Assembly (NCBI GenBank): GCA_951406725.2 | Contig: OX597823.1 | Coordinates: 29,450,001-29,514,000 of the forward strand | Direction: 5' to 3' | Length of the DNA: 64,000 nt | Origin: Octopus vulgaris | Taxonomy: Eukaryota | Shown here: one piece after another, positions 1 to 11,105 of the stretch | How the letters are laid out: each line of letters opens with the position of its first letter | Position numbering within the stretch: position 1 is the first letter of the stretch | Translations under genes and position numbers: made by a program | The notes under the pieces: generated by a model | Seen by the model: only the letters and a program-made list of their open reading frames with translations | Database searches by the model: none | What the model was told of the DNA's origin: nothing

Positions 1-49
1 CATATTTGTTCTTATCTGTTTCATGTGTGTAGTTAAAATCCGCAAAATA

Positions 50-467
50 GGCGCAGGAGTGGCTGTGTGGTAAGTAGCTTGCTAACCAGCCACATGGTTC
101 CGGGTTCAGTCCCACTGCGTGGCATCTTGGGCAAGTGTCTTCTACTATAGCCCTGGGCCGACCAATGCCTTGTGAGTGGATTTGGTAGACGGAAACTGAA
201 AGAAGCCTGTCGTATATATGTATATATATGTGTGTGTATGTGTTTGTGTGTGTGTGTTTGTCCCCCTAGCATTGCTTGACAACCGATGCTGGTGTGTTTA
301 CGTCCCCGTCACTTAGCGGTTCGGCAAAACAGACCGATAGAATAAGTACTGGGCTTACAAAGAATAAGTCCTGGGGTCGATTTGCTCGACTAAAAGGTGG
401 TGCCCTAGCATGGCCGCAGTCAACTGACTGAAACAAGTAAAAGAGTAAAAGAGAGAGTAAGAGTAAA
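50..467 (+). mobile_element. tRNA-derived SINE, family A (internal TA/TG microsatellite, (AAGAGT)n tail)
   Basis: Head GGCGCAGGAGTGGCTGTGTGGTAAG...GGTTCAGTCCC has A/B-box-like motifs; about 10 related copies occur in the window. Confidence 0.9.
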
Positions 468-635
468 TATCCAAGCTGAAAACAGAATCGAATTGTCATT
501 TGCTTCCATGGCAAATACCCGGAGTGAAAAGTTTTGATTTTGTCGAGTTATATCGAAGGAATGCCCTTATATTTATTTTGTAAACAATACAATATTACAT
601 AAGCATTTTATAACGTTTTTTTTTTCTTTTCTTGA

Positions 636-692
636 GGCTCGCCGCGGACCGGCAGCTGATGGTGTCCGCGAACACCACTTTGAGTAGCACTG
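636..692. mobile_element. hAT/Charlie-like terminal remnant
   Basis: Ends CACCACTTTGAGTAGCACTG followed by CTCTAGAT, resembling a Charlie/MER5-type terminus; no partner end found. Confidence 0.4.
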
Positions 693-758
693 CTCTAGAT
701 AATAATATGTTCTTTGTTTTATCTATTAGTAGAGATATAAAGCAGCTACCGATATGTA

Positions 759-840
759 GTCGTCGTGGCCGAGTGGTTAAGGCGATGGACTAGAAATCCA
801 TTGGGGTCTCCCCGCATAGGTTCGAATCCTATCGGCGACG
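759..840 (+). tRNA. tRNA-Ser(AGA)
   Basis: 82-nt cloverleaf: acceptor GTCGTCG/CGGCGAC, anticodon AGA at 792-794, long variable arm, T-arm ATAGG-TTCGAAT-CCTAT, discriminator G, oligo-T terminator immediately downstream. Confidence 0.95.
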
Positions 841-1118
841 TATACTTTTTCTTTCTTTTTGCTCGTTAACAAAGCGTGATTTTATATTCTTCTGAATAAC
901 TAAGAGTTTCAAATTTTGGCCCAAGGCCAGAAGCCGTACATTATCTCTGAAAACCAACGCTCCATATCAACTGTAGAGAAGAAGTACTGCCGAACAACAT
1001 CAAGAAACTCAAGAAAAAAAAAGGGGGCAAGATTACATCGCTGAAACTTCAAAGTAACTCTCTACCATTTCCTTCTAAAAGTTATATGCATGTACGTATG
1101 TATATATATATCTATATA

Positions 1119-1189
<71 letters not shown>

Positions 1190-1529
1190 TGGAAAAAAGT
1201 TGTTTTTTTTATTTAAACGTAATTAGTTCTATAAAGAACTGCAAACAAACAATGAATAAATTCTAATTGAAATATATAAAACTTGGAGCAGAGCTGTGCT
1301 TTTAATGTAAAAAGTATATGTAGTGAAGTTAAAAATAATATATGAATATAAATATTTTTCTTGGAAAAAAAAAAACATAACGGAAGAATTGATATTATGG
1401 AAGTTAACTATCGCAGTGTTTCGTCTTTGGCAAAATTGAAAGCTTTTATATGAAGCAAACCAAAAATGAAAGACGTATTTGGTTTTTTAGTATTTGATGT
1501 GAGTATATGTATTTGTGTGTGCGTGTGTA

Positions 1530-1561
<32 letters not shown>

Positions 1562-1593
1562 CGCACGCGTGTGTGTGTGTGTGTGTGTACATA

Positions 1594-1878
1594 TATCACC
1601 TTGATCACCTTGACCGACCAGTCCGTCAGGCGTCCATTTGACACCGCTGGTCACAGCACGCTGTCCACTCCTCTCTGGATCGCACCTTTCTCATCCACGT
1701 GATCCCAATCGTCTTCCTGAAATCGTAACTCCACCGTCATGAAGGCCTTCCGGGTGGTCGTTTCCGCTCGCGCGGGTACCACTCGACAACTGCGCGGATC
1801 CACCGATTATCGGTGTGCCGGGCGACGTGTCCAGCGCATCTAAACTTGCTGCGTGTATACACTGCCATGACATCCCTC
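1594..1878 (-). mobile_element. RTE-clade LINE 3' fragment
   Basis: Minus strand translates [36 protein letters not shown] (typical RTE C-terminus); short tandem tail reads GATCACCTT on the + strand. Confidence 0.8.
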
Positions 1879-2015
1879 ACACACACATATATATATATAT
1901 ACATATGTATACATACACATATATACACACATATAAATATACATATATATATATATACATATGTACACATATACATATATATATATACATTCACATATCT
2001 ATCTATCTCTATCTA

Positions 2016-2067
<52 letters not shown>

Positions 2068-2070
<3 letters not shown>

Positions 2071-2266
2071 CGGAGATGTACTAGCATAGCGACTGAGTTG
2101 ATCTGAGATCGTGTGCTTGAACGAAAACAATTGCAGCGTGGAAGGTGTTTATAAGCCATTTAAGAAATACACTAAAAACGTTAGATTCACTTCAACATTT
2201 AAATTTAATTTGTCAAAATATTTTCGTCACTTTGAGACCGCGACCTGTTCACTGACAAAACTTCGT
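2068..2266 (-). mobile_element. ~200-bp Penelope-like (pLTR-type) element with variant hammerhead
   Basis: Related copies at 7912-8113, 28807-29004 and 34168-34377; hammerhead fold at one end. Confidence 0.75.
2209..2259 (-). ncRNA. Minimal type-I hammerhead ribozyme, G3-C8 core variant
   Basis: Minus strand: TTTGTCA|GTGAACA|G|GTCGC-loop-GTGAC|GAA|AATATT|T|TGACAAA (7-bp stem I, stem II, palindromic stem III). Confidence 0.7.
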
Positions 2267-2276
2267 ATACATATAT

Positions 2277-2505
2277 AGGATCGCGGTTTCGATTCCCAGA
2301 CCGGGCATTGTAAGTGTTTATTGAGCGAAAACACCTAAAGATTCACGAGGCTCTGGCAGGAGGTGGTGGGGAACCCTGCTGTACTCTTTCACCACAACTT
2401 CCTCTCGCTGTTTCTTCCTGTTTCTGTTGTATCTACATTTCAAATGGGCTTGCCTTGTCACACTCTGTGTCACGCTGAATCTTCCCGAGAACTACGGGGT
2501 GTCGT
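2277..2505 (+). mobile_element. tRNA-derived SINE family C, partial
   Basis: GGATCGCGGTTTCGATTCCCAGACCGGGC...; matches 6315-6698. Confidence 0.8.
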
Positions 2506-2507
2506 TG

Positions 2508-3427
2508 CCGACATCCCTGTCTCGCGCCATTTCCGCTCTACCGGTCATTGTTTACAAAACCTTTCGTGTTCAGATTGTCCTTGCACAGGGGCCATCCGGA
2601 CTCCCGTCTTGGCTGTGTGCAGGGATTAATATTCTCTCTTCGATCCTTTGCCCCACATGGGCTCAACTCTCCTCTCCTCTTCATCTAATCCTCCTCCTCC
2701 TCTTCATCTAATCCTCCTCCTCCTCTTCATCTAATCCTCCTCCTCTCTTCTTCTCACACCTACTTTCTCCCATCCACCTCTCCTCTCTTGCTCTGGCACC
2801 TGCTTCCTCTCTTCAATCCCACCCACCTTCTCCTTTCCATCCTCTCCCTTCATCGTACCCCACAGATTACAACCCACCATCCCTATACATCCCATCCCAC
2901 ACCACCCCACCCTTGCTTCCCCACTCTCGTCTCCCCCACACCCCAACACTACCACACCACACCATCACACCACACACCACAGCACCACACACCATCATAT
3001 CACACCACACCACATCACATCATCCCGCACACACTAGCACTGACCACTTCCCAGCACATACACCACCATCTACACTCCTACACATGAATACACGCACACG
3101 TCAGGGTCACCAGCCCCCTTCCACACGAACATACACGCTCTCACATACACACGCACGCGCACCTTCGTTTTGGGATCACCATTACTTTATCATCTCCCCT
3201 TCCTCCTAGCTCTCCTGTGTGACCCTTCTGTCCGATATTCGCCATGATAGATCGCTAGCCTTTTCTATTTTCTCTCCCTGTTTGTTTCTGTGTTTCTTTC
3301 TGTCGAAGAGCGTAGACTCGAAACGTAAAAGACTTTCTCACTTCCCGAGCGTTAAACTAATACATCTGTTTCTTGTTTACCAACCCGTCTTCGTCTTTTG
3401 TTGTTGCTTTTTTGTAAATTCTCACTA
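2508..3427 (+). mobile_element. Penelope-like element remnant (GIY-YIG C-terminus plus pLTR with degenerate hammerhead)
   Basis: DIPVSRHFRSTGH...LIFSLRSFAPHGLNS resembles the Penelope endonuclease tail; CTTT|CTGTCGA|A|GAG..CTC|GAAAC|GTA|AAAG at about 3296-3334. Confidence 0.7.
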
Positions 3428-3632
3428 CGTATGTATGTATGTATGTATGTCATTATTCAGTTTTATTTCAAGATTTCTTGCCAATAGAGAAAAAGCCGAT
3501 TTCTAACCTAGATGGAAGGCTCCTTCACTGGAATTTCAACATCAGCAACAGAGTATTTTTGCATGTATGTATGTATGTATGTATGTATGTATGTATGTAT
3601 GTATGTATGTATGTATGTATGTATATGTGTAT

Positions 3633-3876
3633 ATGAAGATTTGTATGTTTTGCTTTATGTATGTATTCTCATGCATATAGTTTCATATCTAGACAAGCTC
3701 ATATGTACTTATGTTATAAACTTCTGGAAAGTTTTACAGACTTTTACAGTTCCGGTGATGGACTGGATCTGTAGTATTCGAATTAACTTTCTCCTTTCAG
3801 ATTTTGAGAAGCCTAATTTCTCAAGATTGGTATTTAGGCAGTGTGTTACATATCCCAATGCCCCAATAATTACAGA
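3633..3876 (-). mobile_element. R4/Dong-like (RLE) LINE 3' end in a (TATG)n array
   Basis: Translates VIIGALGYVTHCLNTNLEKLGFS...LQIQSITGTVKVCKTFQKFIT*; homologous to 18787-19042. Confidence 0.7.
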
Positions 3877-4508
3877 TGTATGTATGCATGCAGCGAGAGA
3901 GAGAGAGAGAGAGAGAGAGGGGACCTATTGCTAATCTGGTTATGGTACCGCGGCAAACGTAAATGTTAACACCACATACACGTTAGTCGGAAAACTGTTA
4001 CTTGCAAATTTCTTTCATAGTAACGAGGGGCTGCATGTGCATTGTATTCCCACCCAATATAGCCAGGAGCAAGATAAAGCCAAAGCAAGTGTATGACTAC
4101 GCAGGACCTCGCGAAAATGGTTAGAATAATCTCGAGATACCGCAGTACCGAAGCGTGAGCTCTTTTCTATCTTTTCTCTTTTTCAAAAAAAAATACTTGT
4201 CCCAGCATTCACTATTTTCCTCTTGTTCTGGTCTAACGACCTTCCATGTTTGTTTTCGTTCAGTTTCCTTGTATGTCACCATTGTAATTTTTTTTTGTTC
4301 CCAACTTTGACCCTCCATAAATCCTAAATTTAATTTTAGAATTTATGGGAGCAACCGTCTTTGAATGCCCGAAATGAGGAGCAGTGAGACAGCTGACAAC
4401 TTATGAAGGATCCTATCTCTGTTTAACTTGTCCAGTTTTCCAGTTTTCTCTCCCACGTTTGTTTCATGTTATTTGCACCGTTGGTGACGTACTGTACTCA
4501 TATATGCT

Positions 4509-4556
<48 letters not shown>

Positions 4557-4559
<3 letters not shown>

Positions 4560-4878
4560 AGTAAGACCCCCTTCGGTCATGAATGACCATGAGATTGCAT
4601 CTAGATAGTTACCCTTCAAGGCACAAGTCTAGGCAATGTTGTTTATGGAAGGCCAACAGTCGCCCATGCATACCAGCTTCCCCTCCCCACGCCACTAATG
4701 TTATCCAAGGGGAAGGCAAAGGGGCTGATACAGCTTGGCACCAGTGACGTCACAACTCATTTCTACAGCTGAGTGCAACGGGTGCAACGTGAAATAAAAT
4801 GAGATAACAAGTACAACACACAGCCCGGTCCAGGAATCGAACTCACCACCCCATGCACCTTGTGAGCCATGCACCTTC
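4557..4878 (-). mobile_element. tRNA-derived SINE (family D)
   Basis: B-box GAGTTCGATTCC on the minus strand near 4832-4843; abuts (TA)n. Confidence 0.55.
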
Positions 4879-4905
4879 ACACACACACACATATTTATAT
4901 ATATA

Positions 4906-5172
4906 TATGACCGGTGATCACCGTGACCGACCAGGCTATCAGATGTTGTTACACATCGCTGGTCACAATGCGTTCGCATTGTTTTAGCCTTCGAATGACG
5001 CCACCCAGAAGAAAGAGTGAGAGAAAGAGTGGTGAAAGAGTACAGCAGGGATCACCTTGGAGCTTTTAGGTGTTTTCGCTCAATAAACACACACAACGCC
5101 CGGTCTGGGAATCGAAACCGCAATCCTACGACCGCGAGTCCGCTGCCCTAACCACTGGGCCATTGCGCCTCC
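4906..5172 (-). mobile_element. SINE family C with RTE-like tail
   Basis: Head GGAGGCGCAATGGCCCAGTGGTTAGGGCAGCG; the same variant is at 59822-60134. Confidence 0.85.
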
Positions 5173-5705
5173 ATTTGTATGTGTTTGTATGTACGCACAT
5201 ACATATACGCGCACCCAGCACAAATGTGTGCGTATTAAAAAAAAACAAAGCAACTCTTCAATTTGACGTAATTTGTCCTGTAAAGAACTGATAAAATGCG
5301 AGAAATTTCTGAGCAAAAAACACTAAACCTCTCAACAGAGTCGCATTTTTGGGTGGGTGTGTGTGTGGGTGTGTGTGTGTGTGTGAAGTAAAATAATATG
5401 AATATTATTATTAAAACAAAAATAGAGTAATGGAGAAATTAATAGTAGGAAGTTTAACGACCATCTTATTCTGCCTTTTATGAAACAAAAATTTGTTTTT
5501 TTTTCGAAGCAAAATAAAATTCGTTTCTTTTGGTTTTTTGGTTTTTTTGGTTTTTTGGGGGTGTTTTATTTTTTTATTTTTTATTATTTTTTTCTTGTTT
5601 TCTTCTTATGCTCTCATGTGTGTACACTGAGCAATTACCATGCGCACATATTCATACACACATATATAATACACTTTTAATGTTCTTATATACCGTTAAT
5701 AACAC

Positions 5706-5762
<57 letters not shown>

Positions 5763-5822
5763 GCTATCTTTCTCACAGTTTCTATTTATCAAATTCACTC
5801 ACGAGGTATTTGTCGACATGTA

Positions 5823-6053
5823 GGGCGGCGAGCTGGCGGAATCGTTAGCACGCCGAGCGAAATGCTTAGCGGTATTTCGTCTGCCGTTACGTTCTGAGTT
5901 CAAATTCCGCCGAGGTCGACTTTGCCTTTCATCCTTTCGGGGTCGATAAATTAAGTACCAGTTACACACTGGGGTCGATGTAATCGACTTAATCCGTTTG
6001 TCTGTCCTTGTTTGTCCTCTCTGTGTTTAGCTCCTTGTGGGTAGTAAAGAAAT
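5823..6053 (+). mobile_element. tRNA-derived SINE family B nested in an old family-A copy (about 5765-6175)
   Basis: GGCGGCGAGCTGGC...GAGTTCAAATTCC...GTCGACTTTGCCTTTCATCC; 18-bp TSD at 5804-5821/6054-6071 (1 mismatch). Confidence 0.9.
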
Positions 6054-6314
6054 AGGTATTTGTCAACATGTGGTTACAGTAGAAAACACTTGATCATGAT
6101 GCCGTGCACTGGGACTGAACCGGAAACCTTGCGATTGCAAATGAGCTCCTTAACCACACAGCCATACTTGCACCTAACCAATCTGTTTATTCCATAAAAT
6201 TCACTTTAGGACTTTTCTGTGAAAACATGTTTTTTCATATACAATGAGTGTGTGTCTGTGTGTGTGAGTGTATTAATACGGGCATGTTTGAGTGACCATG
6301 TACTTCTTACAAGT

Positions 6315-6698
6315 GGAGGCGTAATGGCCCAGTGATTAGGGCAGCAGATTCACGGTCATAGGATCGCTGTTTCGTTTCCCAGACCGGGCGTTGTGAGTGT
6401 TTATTGAGCGAAAATACCTAAAGCACCTCGAGGCTCCGGCAGTGGGTTTTGGCGAACCCTGCTGTACTCTTTCACCACAACTTTCTCTCACTCTTTCTTC
6501 CTGTTTCTGTTGCACCTGTATTTCAAAGGGGTCAGCCTTGTCACATTCTGTGTCACGCTTAATCTCCCCGAGAACTACGTTAAGGGTACACGTGTCTGTG
6601 GAGTGCTCAGCCACTTGCACGTTAATTTCACAGGCAGGCTGTTCCGTTGATCGTATCTAGTGGAATCCACTTCGTCGTAACCGACGGAGTGCCACATT
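6315..6698 (+). mobile_element. SINE family C, full length
   Basis: tRNA-like head plus the body shared with the 2277, 4906, 15369 and 59822 copies. Confidence 0.85.
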
Positions 6699-6703
6699 TT
6701 ATA

Positions 6704-6740
<37 letters not shown>

Positions 6741-6745
6741 TGTGT

Positions 6746-6794
<49 letters not shown>

Positions 6795-8051
6795 CTTTCT
6801 CATAATGCGTGTGTGTCGACATGAATATGGTTGTGTAAGAACGTTCTCCTTATAATGTTCATATGTTAAAATGGTTTGAAAATACAATGTTAATACCAGT
6901 TTGAATACGCCAGTGGTACGTTCGGAATTGTCAACAAGCCACTTCCCCTTTTACTGTCATGGGGAAAACTTCTCGTAGTAGACATTATTGTGGGAGAAAG
7001 GTTGTCTCTCTTATCAGCTCGCAACGCCACCGCCCGGTTTCTGTGACTGAAGAGGAGATAACTACTCCGAAACGCTTGCATCCTATAGTCTGGATAGGTG
7101 GTGCTGCGAGCTGATTTAAGTGTATTTACACCATAATGTCTTCAGCGAGGAATTTTCTCCATGACAAAACACGGTGAATGGCTTGTTTACAAGTCCGACG
7201 TGCTTTTAGCGTATTCGAACAGGTATTAACATTGCATTTTTACTTATCACCGCTTAGAGCACTTAAAATGATTGTCTCTCACGCAACGAGTGCATTTACT
7301 ATGAGTGTGGGTTCCTTTGGCACCGGCTACGGTTGAGATACCAGCAACCAGACCTGCACCAAGTGGCATGGATTTTTCGAGGAATTTGAACTCAGAACGT
7401 AAAGACAGAGGCGCCAACTAATATTAAAATCAGTTTTTTTTTTTTAAATCTTCGTAGTTTCGAAGGTACTAGACTTTGGCTTACATCGTCACCATAGTAA
7501 CATTTCAGGTGATGGCCTACTGAACGATGTCTACAAACGGCTACGAGATTCAACCAGAGGCAAGAATTACTTGAGTCGGTTCAGGTGCCGAAGAAAATCA
7601 GTACTACCTCCCTATGTGTCACCTACAGAGGCAATAAGTACCTTGATGGCATATTGGGGCAGCTGCTAATCCTTTGTGCGAAACCACGAAGGTATACCAC
7701 CATAAACTTAGAGCCTTTCGACATTTCACACGGTGACAAATTTAGCGAATATGAATTTACTGTGTGTAAAATAGGCTGAACACTGTGTTGTGTATGTGTG
7801 TGTGTAAGTGTGTTTGAGAGATAGAGAGAGAGAGGAAGAGAGAGGATGGGGTTTATATGATTTATATTATAATTAAAGCTTATATATGATAATTATATTA
7901 TAATTAAAGCTTGCGGAGATGTACTCGCATAGCAAGTGATTTGATCTGAGATCGTGTGCTGAAACGAAAACAACTGCAGCGTGGAAGGTGTTTGTAAGCC
8001 ATTTAAGAAACACACAAAAGCCGTTCGATTCACTTCAACATTTAAGTTTAA

Positions 8052-8101
8052 TTTGTCAAAATATTTTCGTCGTTAAAATCCGCGACCTGTTCACTGACAA
8101 A
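8052..8101 (-). ncRNA. Minimal hammerhead, G3-C8 variant (in element 7912-8113)
   Basis: TTTGTCA|GTGAACA|G|GTCG-loop-CGAC|GAA|AATATT|T|TGACAAA; loop II differs from the 2209 copy while stems and core are kept. Confidence 0.7.
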
Positions 8102-8829
8102 AAATCCGTGCTGCATCTGAGAAAGTAACAGTTAGTTCGTCATATATATGTACGTATGTATGTGTGTATGTATGCATACACGCATGTATGCATGTATGTA
8201 TGTATGTATGTATGTATGTATGTATGTATGTATGTATGTATGTATGTATGTATGTACATACGCCTGTGTATGCATGTATGTATGTATGTATATATGTATG
8301 TGTGTGTATATGCACGCACATACACACTATAAACATAAAGCTATAAACTTGTAGTGATGGATAAATGTAGACTGACCACTCATCACAATAATATCAAATT
8401 TCAACCTCCCCCGCCGAAACTAGGAAGTGATTTACGACCCTCACCCCCAAAACAAAATCCTAAAACCTATTATCAGACATTTATCTCTATATCACAGAAT
8501 TAAAGCTTATATGATATGAAATTAAAAGCTTATATGATATGAAATTAGTCTTTACAAAACACTATCACTAAAATTCTGTCAATTCATCTACAAACAAAAA
8601 ACATTATATTTGTATAAATTACGTAAATCGGTAGATCACCGAATGAAATGTTCTGTTGCGGTATTTATTTCCTTAACGTTCTGAGTTCAAATATCAGCTC
8701 AATACATCAAGCTAAAAATACAGTAAACTTTTGCAAACAGAATCAATATAAACTCAAATCAACCAGTAGGGTTCCTGAGGGAAAAGTTTGCAGACTCTAT
8801 TGAAATCGATTTCTAACGGCTAAACATCC

Positions 8830-9456
8830 AATCATTTTTTGCCACACACTATTCCGGTGAGAATCGTGGAGATAAGTTCCTCAGCCACCTCCTCCATAAA
8901 TTCCGATCCGAAGCAACTGTCCTTACACTTTCTGGCTGGATTCTCAAGCGTTACCTATTGAGTCTATGAATATCATCCAGCCGTCTCATTCTTGGTCTGC
9001 ACCTAATTCTCCTTCCGGTTGACTCAGCTTGATGAATTCATCCTGCGATCTTTTCCAGTGCCATTCGAAACACATATCCGTTGTACCGAAGTTGTAACCT
9101 CTCGATTCAGAGACTCACAGATCTCTGAGCTACGTCCCCTTTTCGGTCACATTACTCCAGAGTCACATTACTCTTCGAAGGAACATCATTTCGGCCACTT
9201 GTATTCGTGATCGTACTTTTTCGCTTATTACCCAACATTTATGACCAAAGGCGAGAAACTGCACGAAAACCATATTGAAGATAGCAAGTTTGACTTCTTT
9301 TAACAACCTCTCTTCTTCTGAGGGTCGAATGCTAATGCTGACAGCTAACTGTAACATCGCCTGCCTTGAGAGGACACTGTCTCAGTCTTCACAACAATTA
9401 TTTTCACCTCTGCTTTATCATTAGACGCTACTAAATTCCACAACATACTTTTTTTC
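8830..9456 (-). mobile_element. Decayed RTE LINE fragment
   Basis: ISEKVRSRIQVAEMMFLRRV...RLQLRYNGYVFRM; interrupted by stops and frameshifts. Confidence 0.65.
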
Positions 9457-9474
9457 TGGCGATCCACTGTTTCT

Positions 9475-10113
9475 TATTTCTTTACTGCTCACAAGGCGCT
9501 ACACACAGAGGGGACAAACAAGGACAGACAAAGGGATTAAGTCGATTTTATCGACCCTAGTGCGTAACTGGTACTTATTTAATCGACCCCGAAAGGATGA
9601 AAGGCAAAGTCGACCTCGGCGGAATTTGAACTCAGAACGTAGCTGCAGACGAAATACCGCTAAGCATTTCGCCCCGGTATGCTAACGTTTCAGCCAGCTC
9701 GCGGTTTTTAATAATCCTTTCTACTAAAAGCACAAGGCCTTAACTTTGGGGAGATTATTAAGTCGATTACATCAACCCCACTGCTCAACTGGTACTTATT
9801 TAATCAACCCCGAAAGGATGAAAGGCAAAGTCGACCTCGGCGGAATTTGAATTCAGAACATAGCGATGAGCGAAATACCTATTTCTTTACTACCCACAAG
9901 GGGCTAAACACAGAGAGGACAAACAAGGACAGAGAAACGGATTAAGTCGATTATATCGACCCCAGTGTGTAACTGGTACTTATTTAATCGACCCGAATAG
10001 GATGAAAGGCAAAGTCGACCTCGGCGGAATTTGAACTCAGAACGTAACGGCAGACGAAATACCGCTAAGCATTTCGCCCCGGTATCCTAACGTTTCTGCC
10101 AGCTCGTCGCCTT
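9475..10113 (-). mobile_element. Trimeric cluster of SINE family B
   Basis: Three same-orientation copies bounded by a perfect 18-bp direct repeat TGGCGATCCACTGTTTCT (9457-9474/10114-10131). Confidence 0.9.
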
Positions 10114-11056
10114 TGGCGATCCACTGTTTCTGCCAATCCATTTGACTTCACTCACTATAACTATTGATTTTTAAGATAAGCGCAGGGCCACAATTTTGGG
10201 TGGGAAGACCAAAACAATTGCATCCATTTCAGTACCTGACTGGTAGTTTATTTTAACAACCCTGGTGAGATTTCAGCTCAGAAAACTAAGTGACATGAAT
10301 AAATAAATACCACAAGGTATTTGTGCAACGCTCTACTGATTATTCCATTCCACTGCCCTTTACAGTCGATAAATATCAAAAGTTTTATCTCCATGGAATC
10401 TGATACGTTTAGAAAGGACAGATTCGAAAGAATGTTGACATTTACAACAATTACCTCTCAACAGAAAACAAACTACTTTAAAGCAACATGCCTACTGTGT
10501 TTTGTGGTTTGTTTAATTAGGCAGAAAGCAAACTAGATTAAGATGGGTTGAGAAATTAGATGTCATTGGTGGAATAAACAACGATTAAATAAAACTGCCT
10601 TCAACAGATCTCTCAAAATGAAAATAGATATTTTCATAGGAGTGCGATATCGAAGAAAAGAAAACGGACAATAGGAAAGCTGACAATTCGGAAACAAAAC
10701 TTTGATATCTTCGGGTAGAAGGACCCATCCTCAGAGGAAAAACAATCTGGTAAATATCTAGTTATACAGGTTTTGTTGAACCTTCTGCATTGTCCGAAAC
10801 TTTCCTATTTTCCTTTTTTCCTTTCTTAAATATTTTTATATTATTTTGTTTTATTTTATAAATATTCATAATACAATGTTCAATAAATATTTTATGAATT
10901 TTTATATGCTATTGTATAAGCAATGGCCCGTATTTTCTTTAATAACTAAGTTAAAGTAGTGCTTATGGCTCAGTCCAAAGCCTGCAAGACCGGTGGAACT
11001 GAAGGAGAATGGTAAGTTCCGACCAAAGTCTTGACGCGAGCTAACAAATATGGAGT

Positions 11057-11105
<49 letters not shown>

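Noticed and set aside
10695-10742. Hammerhead-like motif on the minus strand (CTGAGGA-T-GGGT..ACCC-GAAG)
   Set aside because: GAAA is broken and stem I is poor; at best a dead relic
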